This document shows positions 47,353-60,799 of a stretch of DNA of 64,000 nt, piece after piece. The stretch is from contig NW_003314366.1 in the NCBI RefSeq assembly GCF_000143415.4, forward strand, positions 62,001-126,000. Direction: 5' to 3'. Both the position numbers and the translations under genes were made by a program. The notes under the pieces are model-generated. The model ran no database searches. It saw nothing but the letters and a program-made list of their open reading frames with translations, and had not been told where the DNA came from. Numbering within the stretch: position 1 is the first letter of the stretch; each line of letters begins with the position of its first letter. This DNA comes from Selaginella moellendorffii. Taxonomy: Eukaryota; Plantae; Lycopodiophyta.

Positions 47353-50300
47353 ATGATGTTCACCAATGTCTTCCGAATTGTAAGTGCTGCTGTCGCGGTT
47401 GGAGCTGTCGTTGCTGATGAATGCCGGTTTTACAGGGCGGGTTGCAAGAAGTCTCGTGGTTTCAGCTCGTTGCGGACGATTCCCAGAGGTAAGAGTGATT
47501 AGACAAACAGGAATGTAGCCTAGTGTAACGCTTTCCTCGCGAGCAGGAAGAATCAAGAATGCAGCGAAGATAAGCTCGCTAAGCAGCTCCTCGCAGCACA
47601 CATTGAGCTCCAGAATGAAGGACGACTTAGTTCATGGACTTATTCGTCACAAGACAAAGGCCAGTGAAACTCGAGGCTTGGATCCATTTACTGAGTTTCT
47701 TTCTCTGTCTTTTGCTGCAGGCCAAAAGCTCAAACTGTGGCTCTTTTTACCCGGGCGTCACATTGACAGCAGGTCGTCTCTGGATTTGAGAGGTTTTGCG
47801 AACTCCACTCTTGTCTTGCTACTGCTCGAACTTATGCCACTTTGCTTTTCTTTTGGCAGTTTTAAAATCCGGAGTGTGGACCTGTCCTGGGACGTCGACG
47901 GAAGTGACAGCAGCCTTATGCCAAGCCCTTCGCAATCGCTTTGAAAGGTGAAGTAGTAATTTTTGTAGCTCTGGCCTTAGCTTATGCATTTGTATTCCCT
48001 GAGCAGGGCGCTGGGTGCTTTTGCTTACGTTCGTTTCGGTGATATGTTTGTCAAGTGCAAGAGATACACCGCAGATGATTCAGACTTCAGGTGGGGTTCG
48101 GTTTGGTCGCGTCTCTCTGCTCTTATGAATCCAAACTACTTGGCAGACGAACACTTCCGTCTTGTGAAGCTACGTTTTTTGCGAGTGAAGAAGGCGTGTT
48201 TGTCCACTTGCGCATTTCCAGAAGGTTAGGCTTCGTATGTACCGCATGGGATGCTCTAACTTGGTGTTATCGATGCAGACGAATGAGGCCTTTGGCAGCG
48301 TCAGATGTTCGAGCTGTACTTACGCAGCATCTGACCTCTTCTACACCACCGATAGAGAATCCTGCTGGTATGCAACAAAAAGCGATCGGATTGTCTCACG
48401 TTCTTTTTCCTTTTATTTTATGTTTATGTAGTCGTTGTTGCACCCTATGGTCTGACGGGATGGCTCACTGGATGCTGCCCTGGAGATCTGGTTCGACAAA
48501 TATCCCAAAGGTAAAAACGAGTAGCTGCATGCTTGTGCATTGTCATTCATAGAACATTGCTGGGAAATATAGATTGCAGACAATGGACTTGCTGCTATGC
48601 AGGCTGATAGAGCCAGTGCTCGAAATACTGTTGCCATTGCAGCAAGTCTGGACCTCTGAAGGACTCTAGCATCAAAAGTTCAGTCACTCCGAGGAATGGA
48701 GGATTTGCCTCTCGAAGCTGGTATGTCGAAGTTCGCATGAGGTTCCAGCTAGCCAAAGGCAAGTCTCAGCCCAAGACGGATCAGAACCAGTGGATTGAAA
48801 AGGTTTTTATTTTCCCGCCGGAAGCTGTGGTTGTTCCGACCGTGCCTCCGATCTCTGCTCGAACTTACCTCAAAAGGTATGCTTACGAGGTGGCGTCCGC
48901 GCAAAGTATATTGATTTAAATTATCGGCAGGTGCTGGCTTCGAAAGCAGGCCGGAACACATTGGCTTGAGGACGCCTTTTCCGTAAGAAAATTTCTACCG
49001 CTTACAAATCTGGCAGGGTAAGGCTCTTTGTATCTCCTAAGGACATGCAGCTCAATGTTGATCTTGTGCAGACATAGATTACAGGCTATGGGTAAAGCTA
49101 ATACTATTTGGAAGCTGAATAGCAATGGCAGCAAAAGCAGCACTAGCAGCGGTAGCGGCGGTAGCAGTATCAAAAGTAGTGACAGTAGGGGTAGCTCGGG
49201 CAGTGAAAGTGATGTGAATGATGATGGCGACTACAGAGAAGATGCAGATTCCGCCGCTACCTTGGCTGGACCAAATGGGACGATGATATCTTCGTCAGGA
49301 CGCACCCCAGATGGCGATAATAAGCGTCTGCCGGTAAGCTGCTGCTACTGCCGACTTATCGATCTCTTGCGCTGCTTTTCAGGGATCAAAGCGCGGGAGA
49401 GAACACGGAAATGATATGCACAATAGTTCTAAATCTGCAAGAAGAACTAGCCCTGAGATTTCATCGTCAGCCGCAAATAATGCCGAGTCCACGAAAGGTG
49501 CACCAAGTCAGGCGGGGACACCCTGGGACTGGACCGATCAGGTTAACATGCAAAGTGATGCAGACTTTTTTGCGGAGTTCGGAGATTTTGGAGATTTCTT
49601 TGAAGGTGACGGGCTTGGTTTCGGTGAGGTATGCTGCTTCTTCTTTCGACCAGATTTTTGCCCTGACGCACACTTCGTGGCTGTGTAGCCTCCAGGGACG
49701 ATGGAATCCCAATCATACATGTTCCCGTTTGACGGTGATGGGTCGAATACTCCGGGAACACAGTTTATTGAGACTTCAGATCCAATGCGACTACCGATAC
49801 TGGATTTTCCTATGCTTGAGGTATTGGGTCAAGCGGAAGATTTGGAAAAGGAACAGGATACAGGCACAGTCGTCGATGAGAAGTGCGAACCAGAATCTTC
49901 ACCGCCTGTTCTCGTTCCTGCCGGTCTTTCTCTAGTGGCCAAGTCCGAAGCGGCCTTGATATTTGCTTCCGAGTATGCTCCTATCGATATTACTGGTCTG
50001 GACAAGCTGGACAGAAAACCTGCATACAAACCAGATGCAAGAAAGGAAACTTCAGCTTCTCAGTCCGCAAGCTATGTTTATGGAGCGACTCCTCCACCGA
50101 CGCCAAAGCTAGACTCGTACGAACGTAAAGCGCACTCTAGATGGCGGACCGAGTTTGAAGAACGGAAAAATGTAGCAGTTAACAATTTCGGCAACTTAAA
50201 GTATGGTGAAACATCGCCTACGGACAATACTCTGGTTGCGAAAACTGGTAACTCCCATCGAATACAAGGGCCACTGGCTGCTACACTTGCAACGGAGTTG

Positions 50301-53300
50301 GAATGTGCAATGTTTCAACTTCAACTCCACAGCGTCAAAGGATTCGCGTACTGTGCTCATCCGAACGAACATGCCAAGCTTACAGAGTCGTCTCATAAGG
50401 AATGCACTTCTGAAATAACGGACTCGTCAGATGCCTGCGACAGCTTACGGCGCAAGCCTGATCGGAAGAAAGTTCCTGAAAGAATTGCTGGAGATACGGA
50501 TGACTTATCTCACGATGGGCCTCGGCCAGTTGAGGTTGGCGTATGGCGTCCAGTTGGTTTACCAAAGCCGCAGCAAAGGCCTCCGGATGGTGGCCGCGGA
50601 GTGGTTTCCAATATAGCATCTCCAGAGGTTGGCACTCCGTCTGAAATAAGTGACGCGGCCATGCAGGACATCGTCGACTTGATACCGCTTTTAGTTCAAC
50701 AAGCAGCTTGTTGCAATGACATATCTCTGAATGGGGAGCATGGAGATGGTGCATTAGCTTGGCTGACTTTACAGCAGAAGCTAAGTCAACAGGATCTGAG
50801 CTGGACAAGTGATGTGTGTGATCCTTCTATCACCGAGGTGAGTGTCTGTTTTTTTTTTTTTTTCATTCAATACCAAGCTTTCTGCGGTGGTGGTGTGCAG
50901 ATTTCTCCTGCTACAGTAGCAAGCATTCTTCAGTCAGATATGCGTCAGGCTGTGGGTGTTGCGTTTAGTGATATCAATGCGGCTGGTCCGTTGAGCTTGG
51001 CTGAGTGGTGTCGGGGTAAGACTCCGACAGACAATCATTCAGGACCATCTGACTCTAAGGACCTTGTCAGCAGTATAACCGGCGAGCCTATTACGCCTCC
51101 GCAATCGGCGAAGGTAGTGTCTTTGCAGGATCTGGATAATCATGCTCCGGATTTTCGTAGGAGTGGTCGAGAGGCCGAGGATGCTGCTCAGAGAAGGTTG
51201 TGTGTTGATGATGCTGAAAGTCAAGCATTATCATACGCCATGCTTCCAGTGCCTACTCTTCTCGTCGGGTATTTCTCTCTTTTGCCATTTCATTGCTGTC
51301 CTAAATAGTGTCTTCGTCTCAGATATCAAGAAGATTGGTTAAGAACGGCTCCAAGGTCTCTGCGGTACTGGGAAAAAGCTCCTTTCGAACCGTATGGCTA
51401 CCCGAAATCTGTAAGGCTTTTCATTTGCTAAGTCTTCCAAATTCACTGACTCGTTTTCGAAGGTTACATACTACGTTATTTGCGCTGGTTTGGATCCTTT
51501 GCTGTGTTCCGCACTTGAGTTTTTTCAGCAACTCAGTAGTGGTAAGTCTTCAATGCCACCATTGTTGGGATTCCCCTCATTTTTTATTTTTTATTTTATT
51601 TTATTTTATTTTATTTGTGCAGTTTATGAAGCATGCAAGCTTGGAGCACACATTCCAGCCACTGTCACGGCACAAACTGTCAGCAAACGCTTGCTACCTG
51701 GATTCGTTCCAGTAGATTTTCCTTCCAAGCTTAAAGGAAGTTCCTCATCTATTAATCTGGCAAACGACTACATAACGGCTATGGATAATGGCTGGGATGT
51801 CTCCGAATTTCGAAAGTCTCTTCGAAAAGCGTGCAAATCCCTCAACCTCGGCAATTCTGTATCCCTGGAGGCTGATCATGAAAACAGCCCCAGCACGGTA
51901 TGCGATGGCCACTTTGTATGTATCTTCTAACACACAAGTGCAGGTTCTTTACGTTGTAAGTCCTTCGTCGGAGCCCTCCATGGTTTTGCAAACGCTGATG
52001 GAGACCTGTCAGAGCATTGGACCGAACTTAAACATCAAAAAGGCTTCAGGGAAAAATTCAATGGAGGATGGAAAGCAACCAGTTGTCGGATTTTCTATCG
52101 GAAGGCTAGCCTTGCAAGTGGTAACTCCCGAAACGGTGATAAGGTTGAGTAGCTCGCCTGCAGCCGGGCTTGACATCCTGAAGGAGCTATCATTTGCAGT
52201 ATATAACAAGCTGCGTCGTATACCATACAAAGCTGCTGAAGATACGCAACAATATGGCTTTGCATCTAAATCCCGTATGGGTTTGCAGAGCAATACTGCG
52301 ATGACATGGAAAGACTGTCGGAATGTCTCATTACTGGACACTGGAAACTTACGCTGGGACAAGTCATGGTCTTCTTCCAGGCTGTTGGAAACGTCTGCTT
52401 CCGGTCCGCCAGCACCATTCCGACTCTTATACGAGCCTCTGTTTATTCTCGCGGATGGTTGTTTATTGGACCACTCTATGGGACAACTGACCAAAGCCAG
52501 AACAGAAGAGGTTTCGACACAGAGTTTTGGGATACCAGACACTGGCAGTGTAGCCGACGGGGTCTCCAGGACTAGCAGCCAGCCACTCTCTTTTCACTGC
52601 TGTTATTCGTGGACGAGCAACTGGCTGTGGCTGATCGCCGTCTGGATAGATTCCCAAGGGAAGATGCTGGACGTGAACGTATTTCCTAGTCCCCGGTGCA
52701 CGCAGGATAAGGATGACTGCTCCAAAGAACTGTGTCAGCTCTTTAGTCAGGTAATGCAACAGGGTCAGCAGCTCTTGGCAACCATGTCTCGAACGGCAGG
52801 CAACAGGGGCCACACAGTTACCGTCACCCGCATGGGTGTTCTGTATGAAACCGAGTACCAAGGTATGATCAAGTTATACTTTTTCTTATCAAGCTAACTG
52901 ATCCTCGACCATGCTGCAGAATGGCAACGCGTGTTTATGAACATCGCGGGAGATGAATCCAGAGCATGGCCCGTGGTGATTCGTCCGGACAGCGGCGGTG
53001 ATGGTAGCTCTTTGTCCCAGCAGAGAAATGTGAGCGCAGTCGTGGGATTTCCATCGTCTCCAGGTTCGTCGTCGTCTTTTGTTTCGCGCGGCTTAAACCC
53101 AAAGCCGGAGATCAACTTCCATGCTGGGAAGCTTGCCGGTGTGACCTTGGCAACGGTGTCTGGTGACGAATCATTGCAGGTGCTGAGCCTCGCCGAATCT
53201 GCTGGTAAGCTGGAATTTCCTTCGTATCCAACTATACGCTGACTGATGTTTTCATTCCAGCAGCTTCGACATGGTCCGTAGCCAGCTCGAGTGGACTAGC

Positions 53301-53934
53301 CTCCGGTTTTGGCATGGCAAAAACAATCGCTTCTCTTAACGGGGCTTACCTCTTCATTCCCGCTCACGGTTTACGCTCGCTCTCCTCGTCAGACTCGGTG
53401 GCTAGCAACAAAGTCAACGCCCCGGCATTTGGACAGTGGATCCAGAGCAGAGGCTCCGTCTCTCCCGTTGCATCCGGCTACGTCATCTCCGGCCCGACCA
53501 CAGCTCTACGAGCCGAGGTTGCTCAAGTTTCCATGGAGGAGGAATGGCCGAGCACGCTCCAGATCGGTCTCGTAGCACACTTTGGCTCCTCCAAGGCTCG
53601 GCAGGAGACGCAAGGAATGCGTCTGGGTGGGAATGGCTTGTGTGACAACGCCGGTAGTAGCAGCAACACTGGCGGCAGCAGTGCGGGTACAGGAAAGCAA
53701 GGCAGCAGCAGCGGCATCAAGCAGCAAATCCGCTACGTTCTAGAGCAACTTGGAGCCGAGTTTTATGGCCTGTCATGGCTGACCATCAGTCCCATGTACC
53801 TCCACCGCCGCCGACCGCTGCCTTACCACTGCGACGTAGCGCAGCGGCTGGAGAAGCTACTGGGTTACATGGAGGCGGCGGCGGAGCTATCGCCCACTGC
53901 TACCACGGCCACCGCCGCCGCCACCGCTAGCTAG
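47353..53934 (+). CDS. MED13: Mediator subunit 13 (CDK8 module), multi-exon
   Basis: Starts MMFTNVFRI; ALGAFAYVRFGD, VFIFPPEAVVVP, FFAEFGDFGDFFE, WEKAPFEPY, LLYEPLFILA, HCCYSWT..W..L..VW.DS.G, LSWLT....R..PLPYHCD. Confidence 0.93.
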
Positions 53935-53970
53935 AGACACTATGATTAACTATGTACATATGGGCTTCTT

Positions 53971-55932
53971 TTACCGGTTGACAAGTGTAGACAACAATAC
54001 GTATGCTCCTCCCTCGTTTGGATTCATACTCAATACCATATTTGCGGCACGTCCACCATTCTGTAAGACTCTATGGCTTTTGCACGCCCCAAGCAAGCTA
54101 GTCCACTCCAAAACATCTGGAAAGTATGGCATGTTTGCAATGAGCTCTTCTGCCTCGTTCAGGTGTCCTGACCGGCCCAACAGATCCACAAAGCATCTAT
54201 AGTGCTGCTTGCTTGGCTCCATTCCATAGTCTGCTACAACTGAAGCAAAGCACTGCCTTCCTCGCTTAACGTTTCCAGTATGGCTGCACGCCACAAGACC
54301 CAAAACAAAGCACGTCAAGTCAGGGAGGTGGAGCATCTTGAGCGAATCAAACAGTTCCAATGCCTCAAGTGATCTACCCGCATGAGCTAGGGCTGCCAGC
54401 ATTGCAGCATATGAAATCAGGTCAGGCTCGGGAATCTGGGCCAGCAGCTTCAAAGCTCTGTCCAAATGCCCATTCACGGCATATGCTGTCAACAGGGTAT
54501 TCCATGTAGCTGATTCGTGTTGGGGGACACTTACAAACATCCTAATGGCCTTGGCCAGATGCCCATGATGAGAGTATGCTGAAAGCATTGTGTTCCATGA
54601 CAGGAGATCCTGCTCTGGCATGGAGTTGAAGTGTTGCTCCATCTCCACCATTTCATACACCCCGCTCTTGCTTTTCAAGAGTAGCATTGTGGTCCACGAG
54701 ACGAGGTCGCGCTGTGGCATTTCTTCAAACAAGCACGTAGACTCCTCTATGCAACTGTGGCAGGCATATGCCGCAAGCATTGAGTTCCAGGATACAATGT
54801 CCCTGAAAGCCATTTTGGTAAACACAAGCATGGCATATTCAACGAGGCCGCTTTCTGAGAATGCAGCAATCATTGTGTTGGACGATAAGACGTCGTGATA
54901 TGGCATGTCTTTGAAAATCTCTTTAGCTTCTTCAATATGCCGTGACTGGGCATATACTGCCAACATGGCATTATACGAGGCAAGGTTGCGCTGTGGCATC
55001 TCTCTAAACATCTCTTGTGACCCGACTGTATTGCCTGCCTCGCCCAAACCATAAATCAGGGCATTCCACGACACAAGATCCCATTCGGGCATGCTGTTGA
55101 AAATCTCCAAACAACGATGCCCTTGCTTGTTTTGGGCATGTGCAACAAGCATCACATTCCAGCACACGATGTCGATCTGATGGGCCTCCAGAAATATAAG
55201 CTCAGATTCCTGTAAATACCCTTCTTGGGCATACAGTGCCATGATTGTTGTCCATGAAACCAGGTTCCTTTCTGGCATCTCTTCAAGGAAGTTTGCAGAT
55301 TCCTCTAGACGACCGGCTCGAGCATAGGCTGCGAGCATCCCATTCCACGTCGCCACATTCCGCAAAGGAATGCTGCCAAACAGCTGCTGGGAGAGATCCA
55401 GGCGTCCATTCTCAGAGCATGCACTGATCATGGCATTCCACGAAACAATGTCTCTCTCTGGCATTTGCTCAAAGATCTCAATCGCAGACTCTACCTCTCC
55501 ACTCTGGGCATACATGCTGATCATCGTTGTGTACGTCACCTCGTTTCTAGCGGGCATTCCCTCGAACATCTCCACACACTCTTTCATATGCCCAGTTCGG
55601 GCATATCCAGCCAAGAGCACATTCCAAGGAATGACGCTCTTGTGAGGCATTGTCGCAAAGATTCTCTGGGCTTCTTCCAAAAGCCCGTTCCTTACGTAGG
55701 CAATGAGCAGGAGATCCCAGGAGAAGGAATCTTTCCTGTGGAGCGAGTCAAAGACCCGGCGGGCATTAGCGACACTAGAACACCTCCCATACATCTCGAT
55801 CAGCTTGTTGCAAAGGAAGATGTCGTTGCTCGTGTCCTTGAGGATGGATTGGATCCTGGAGTGAGCTTGGAGCGCTTGAGAGGGAGTTGCAGAGCTTTGG
55901 ATGAGCTCCAAGCACTGCTGCCTCCTATTCAT
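53971..55932 (-). CDS. PLS-class pentatricopeptide repeat protein with E-type C-terminus, no DYW; intronless, 653 aa
   Basis: Many 31-aa MP.R..VSWN.M repeats, then HY.C.VDLLGRSG.L.EAE.LI..MP and W.SLLGAC..H...YVLLS. Confidence 0.95.
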   Translation of the reverse strand: MNRRQQCLELIQSSATPSQALQAHSRIQSILKDTSNDIFLCNKLIEMYGRCSSVANARRVFDSLHRKDSFSWDLLLIAYVRNGLLEEAQRIFATMPHKSVIPWNVLLAGYARTGHMKECVEMFEGMPARNEVTYTTMISMYAQSGEVESAIEIFEQMPERDIVSWNAMISACSENGRLDLSQQLFGSIPLRNVATWNGMLAAYARAGRLEESANFLEEMPERNLVSWTTIMALYAQEGYLQESELIFLEAHQIDIVCWNVMLVAHAQNKQGHRCLEIFNSMPEWDLVSWNALIYGLGEAGNTVGSQEMFREMPQRNLASYNAMLAVYAQSRHIEEAKEIFKDMPYHDVLSSNTMIAAFSESGLVEYAMLVFTKMAFRDIVSWNSMLAAYACHSCIEESTCLFEEMPQRDLVSWTTMLLLKSKSGVYEMVEMEQHFNSMPEQDLLSWNTMLSAYSHHGHLAKAIRMFVSVPQHESATWNTLLTAYAVNGHLDRALKLLAQIPEPDLISYAAMLAALAHAGRSLEALELFDSLKMLHLPDLTCFVLGLVACSHTGNVKRGRQCFASVVADYGMEPSKQHYRCFVDLLGRSGHLNEAEELIANMPYFPDVLEWTSLLGACKSHRVLQNGGRAANMVLSMNPNEGGAYVLLSTLVNR

Positions 55933-55980
55933 TCATTTACTTGTTACTTATTATCTTGAGTTTAGGGTTTTAGCGAGGGA

Positions 55981-58634
55981 ATGCTCCAGCAGCGTGTGAA
56001 TGCGCTCACGGGCGAGAGCGAATGGATTCTCGTCAGCGATGGAGACGATGGCGATGGCGATGCGAGCGATGCCTTGGCGGAGAGCATGTACCTTGATATG
56101 CTGAATGATCGCGCCAGGAACACGGCATTCTCTTCCGCAATCGCGAAGCTCGGCCGCCATGGCCATGTCCTCGACATTGGGTAAGGTTAGAGATCCTTCT
56201 TTGCTGAGCTAGATAGATGCATTCTTGGCAGTGCTGGGACTGGGCTCTTGTCGATGATGGCTTGGCGGGCAATGGAAAAGCAGTGCCAGGTGACTGCTTG
56301 CGAATCGTTTCTTCCAATGTACAAGCTGGCTCGCAAAGTTTGCCGAGACAATGGGACGATGGGAGCGATCAAGCTGCTCCATATGCGCTCGGATGAGATC
56401 AAAGTCGGGGTGGACATCTCCAGCAGAGCCGATGCATTGGTACGTTCTTCTTCCGCTGGACTCTTCTACTAAGTATCTCTCCAGGTATGTGAGATTTTAG
56501 ACTCGGAGTTGCTTGGAGAAGGGATAATTCCAAGCTTGAGGCACGCTCACGAGCATTTACTCCAGCCTAATGCTGCAACAGTGCCATATCGAGCTACTGT
56601 GTATGCCCAGGTATTGTAAAGTCTCTTTTCCAATCGATGGAGTTTACAACTTTTTCTTAGCTGGTCGAGTGCGACTTTCTCTGGAGATTTCACGACCTTC
56701 AAGGAGTAGAAGCTCAGCTGCAGGACGGAATGGCTTTTGCTCCCGAGGATTTCTACTCTTATTTCAAGCACAGACAACATGCTTTTCACGTAGATGAAAT
56801 CCCCGGTATCAAGCTGGTAATTTAGTAGAGTTCTCTTACAAGTTACCAAAAACCCGTGGTGTTGCAGCTTTCTGAGCCGTTTGAAGCTTTCACTCTTGAC
56901 TTTTATAGAGCTCCAGATGTGTGTGGACAATTCACTCGAGCCGTGCATGTCAACATGTCTGGGACTGCTCACGCAATAGTTTCATGGTACGAAACTTGCT
57001 CAGATTCGCTTTCGCTTTCCTCTCTGATTGAACTTGACAAGGTGGGTGCTGCAGCTTGACAAAGATGGCTTGATTTGCTACTCAACTGCTCCTCGTTGGG
57101 TCAAAGGTTTGTTTTCCTGTTTGATTCTTTGAGTAGCTCCTTCTAAGAGGGTAATTCTCAGGCGCAAGTGATTGGTGTGACCATTGGAAACAATGTGTCT
57201 GGTTTCTTCCTGGACAAGGTATTTCGGTGGAGCAGCACTCAGAGCTTTGCGTCGTAGTCAGCCACGATGAAACCTCAGTGCGGTATGACATCAATGGTGG
57301 TGGACGCTGCAATAGTTTTACGTCTGGTTTCAAGCTGAGCCCACAAAGGTGTCGCATGCTTGGGGACGGTAGCAGGCGTTCTATCATACGTTCTGTCATT
57401 CAGAAAGCTGTAAGTAAGTCCCCTTTGAATCTATTCTTACTCATTTTTTCTTCTTTTTTTCTTTATGTCCAGCTTGGAGAGCGAGAAGTTGGAAACTGTC
57501 TCATTCTGGATGACGGTCTGATGAGCGCCGTGTGTGCTCTATCTACAGTACATGGGTCCTGCCATGTGGCTGGGTTGTTCCCAGGCTGTAGAAGAGATGG
57601 CTTGAAGTACTTGGCGAGCGTCGCGAGCAAGTTGTCTATAATACACAAAGATGTCAAGCATCTCACCCGGGACGATTTCAAGGGACATGAAGTATACAGT
57701 CTTGCAACTCCATTGGATATTGACGGGTTTTTTTCTTTTCGCAACAGGTGGATGTTCTTTTAGCAGAGCCTTATTATGCCACGTACGAGCATGCGTTGCC
57801 GTGGAAGCAGCTGCGGTTTTGGTTAGTTTTCGTTTTCTTATGAGTTGGAAGTCGTTTAAAGCAGTGAGATTCCAGGTACGAGAGAACGACGCTAAGTCCG
57901 TTGCTATCAGAGAATCCTATTATAGTTCCTTGCCTTGGAATTCTCTATGGGATGGCTTGTTATCTTCCTGTAAGTTTTTTTGAGACGTCAAAAGGATTTC
58001 ACTTTTTGTAAAAACAGGATTTGTGGCAAAGCCGTTGTTGCCTTGAAGGCGTTGAAGGGTTTGACCACAGCTTAGTTAATTCAATGCTTGGAGCATGTGG
58101 AAACCTTCCAGATGGCCAAGACAGTCCAATTTTACCATTTTCAGTATGGCAATGTGGACGACATGAGGTTTGTATTTTTTACGTGAAACAAGGGGCTTAA
58201 CTCGAATTTTGTGTTGTGGTCAGTCATTGACAAAACCGTTTCCACTGCTCGAGTTCAACATGCGTGAGGAAATTCACAGTCTAAGTGTATTTGCAAAGGT
58301 TAGTCATTTTAGGTGGCATGGCACCACTGAACGTTTTCGGCATTTAGCACAGGTTACCTTCGTAAAGAGTGGACTTTGCCATGGAGTTGTCCTGTGGATG
58401 GACTGGGTGATGGATCCCGAGAACAAAGATTTGGTACTTTCAACGGGACATGTAAATCCAAGTGAGTAAGATCTCATCTCAACGAGTTTGTTCCTGACTA
58501 GTCATTTTTTAGGCGGCAGCTGGAAGCAGGGTGTCAAGCTTTTCCGAAAACCACTGCAAGTCACTGAGACTTTAGAGCTCAATGCGTCCTTCAATGCACA
58601 GACTGGAGAGATCAGCGTCACTCAGATGGTGTGA
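55981..58634 (+). CDS. PRMT7: Protein arginine N-methyltransferase 7, multi-exon
   Basis: QRVNALTGESEW, YLDMLNDRARN, VLDIG-AGTGLLSMMA, EILDSELLGEG, W.DHWKQCVWF, second module LLAEPYY. Confidence 0.94.
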
Positions 58635-58699
58635 AGTCACAAATATCGACTCTGTTGCATTTTGGAAAGATGAAAATCAATATTAAACAAATGTAAGTA

Positions 58700-60480
58700 A
58701 AGTTCATAGTTCTTCGTTTCTTCATCCTTCAAGCAGATGGTGTCAATGCATGGTAACTTCCGCCACCTCTCAATTGCTGAGTTATATACCACCAAAATCC
58801 TGTCTGCGTTGTCCACTTCCACTTCTCCCTCGTCATCGTCGTTGTGAACCAGCATTGAATGCCCGAAACCCATATCCCACAAACTTCCTGGGGACCTCAA
58901 GGATCTGGCACTGCGCCCGAGAATGGGAGCGCTCTCAAAAAGTCGAGCATCTTGCCACTGCACGCCACAAACTGGTGAGGGTCAATGTCATCACCCAACG
59001 TCCTCTCGTTCGACGACTCCTCCGAGAAGATGGAGCCGGCATCCACATCGCCACGCCCTGCCAAACACTGCGCAGCGCATGGAGCAGATCTTGCTGGAGA
59101 TAATATCTCGACTCCTGACCCAAGCGAACAATCTTAAAATCTTAAAAGTCTTGAAGGACGCAGTGTCACCGCATGGTTTTACCATGTGCCACGTGTTCGT
59201 TACTCGTGAGAGGCCTTGTGATTCCAGAAATGATAAACCTCGAGCTCTAAACTCTCCATAAATTTTCTTAGTTTTTAACTTTTCTCTTTTCCGGTTCAAA
59301 TCGCGTGGCTGCTGACTTGCATTTAAAAGCTTATACCTCCAACCAAACACAACGGGATCAAGGAGTTTTGCATCTAGGACAATCAATTCCATGCACTCTC
59401 TCATGAGAGTTTGGATATTGATCCTCTCGAATCCAACACTGATATATCGGAGGTGTACGAACTTTTGTTCGCTCTCCGTTCCTTCTTTGACCTAGAACAC
59501 AACATGAGATGATTAAGAGCATCGTTTCCTCAACTTGGATTCTGTCTGTCCGGTGAACGGTGACCGCGTCTTTCAATTCACAAAAGTCAATGTAAGTCAA
59601 TCAATAAAACTCGTCTGCCATCGACAAGCTCAATTTTGGCAAGATAGGCATCCGTCTGAAGCCACAGATATTGATTCTAAAAAAACATCAAACAAAGTAC
59701 ATTCGAGTTCATGCCATCTTTTTTCGCTTCAAGTTCTTAGCTTCTATCAAGCAGATGGTGTTGTTAGGCCTGAAGTAAACAGCTTCACACGCATGCTCGT
59801 TATATATGGTAGTTTCTGCCACGTGAGCTATACACTGGTACCAAAATCCTGTCATCGCCAACTTCCTCTTCTTCCTCCTGCTTCTCATCTGGAACCGTGT
59901 TTGCCCCTCCCTCTTGCTTGCTCTTCTCTTCCTGGTCTTCCTCCTCCTCTTCCTCTTCCTCTTCTTCATCGATGTTGTAAGGGAGTTCCAGCACCACCAC
60001 TCCGTCCACAACATTACACGCCTGAAACCCATATCCGCTTCCCTCCCCCGCAAACTTCTTGGGGACATCAGAGATCCAGTCCTGCGCCCGAGAATGGCAG
60101 CGCTGTCTCACTTTCAGGATGTTGTCAAAGTGCCAGAAGTCGAGTATCTTGCCATTGCGGTCGCTGTCATCAACCAGAGGCGTCTTGTTCCCCTTCTCCG
60201 AGAAGAAGGATCCGGCATCCACATCTCTCCTTGTCGGCCTCCCAGACACTGCGCAGCGCATCCTGGCATGCACGTCGGAATCCTTGAACACGCTGTTGCG
60301 AGTCCTGCTCCACTTCAAGTCGTAAACTTGGACCTTGACAGCATATCTTGCCGGCTCATGGCGGATATTATGTTTCCATAACAGCACCCAAGTTCATGGA
60401 GTAGCGAAAGTAGTGAACCTCGCCACTTGAAGGAACAGTGCCAATAGTAACGCATCCTCCATATCACTCGCCATGTGCCA
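58700..60480 (-). pseudogene. Two tandem degenerate paralogous fragments, possibly F-box/kelch-associated-like
   Basis: 58700-59200 and 59760-60480 share visible blocks (NTWHM; CAV.GR; DAGS..SE; GFGH/GYGF; DRILV.VY) with frameshifts. Confidence 0.4.
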
Positions 60481-60799
60481 TGTGTTCGTTACCGGGTTGC
60501 CAACAGCGTGCGTTTGCACAAGTTAACCATCGCCAACTGCGAAGTTGGCGGGGAACGCCGAAAGGATACACCAGCAAATCATGAAGTATACCTATTAGGT
60601 GTCTTTAACATAGAACGATATAATTTCAAACAACATATAAAAGTAAAATGAAATCAGGACAAAAGTTCCTTTATATATTAAAAAAGATAACATAAAAAAA
60701 GGGCAAACCAACGTGGCATGTCTTTTTGACGAGTCAGCATTTATAATGGGAAAGTTCGGCTAGCCAAATCCTTAAACAGGGTAGGGCAAAGCCAGAGAG

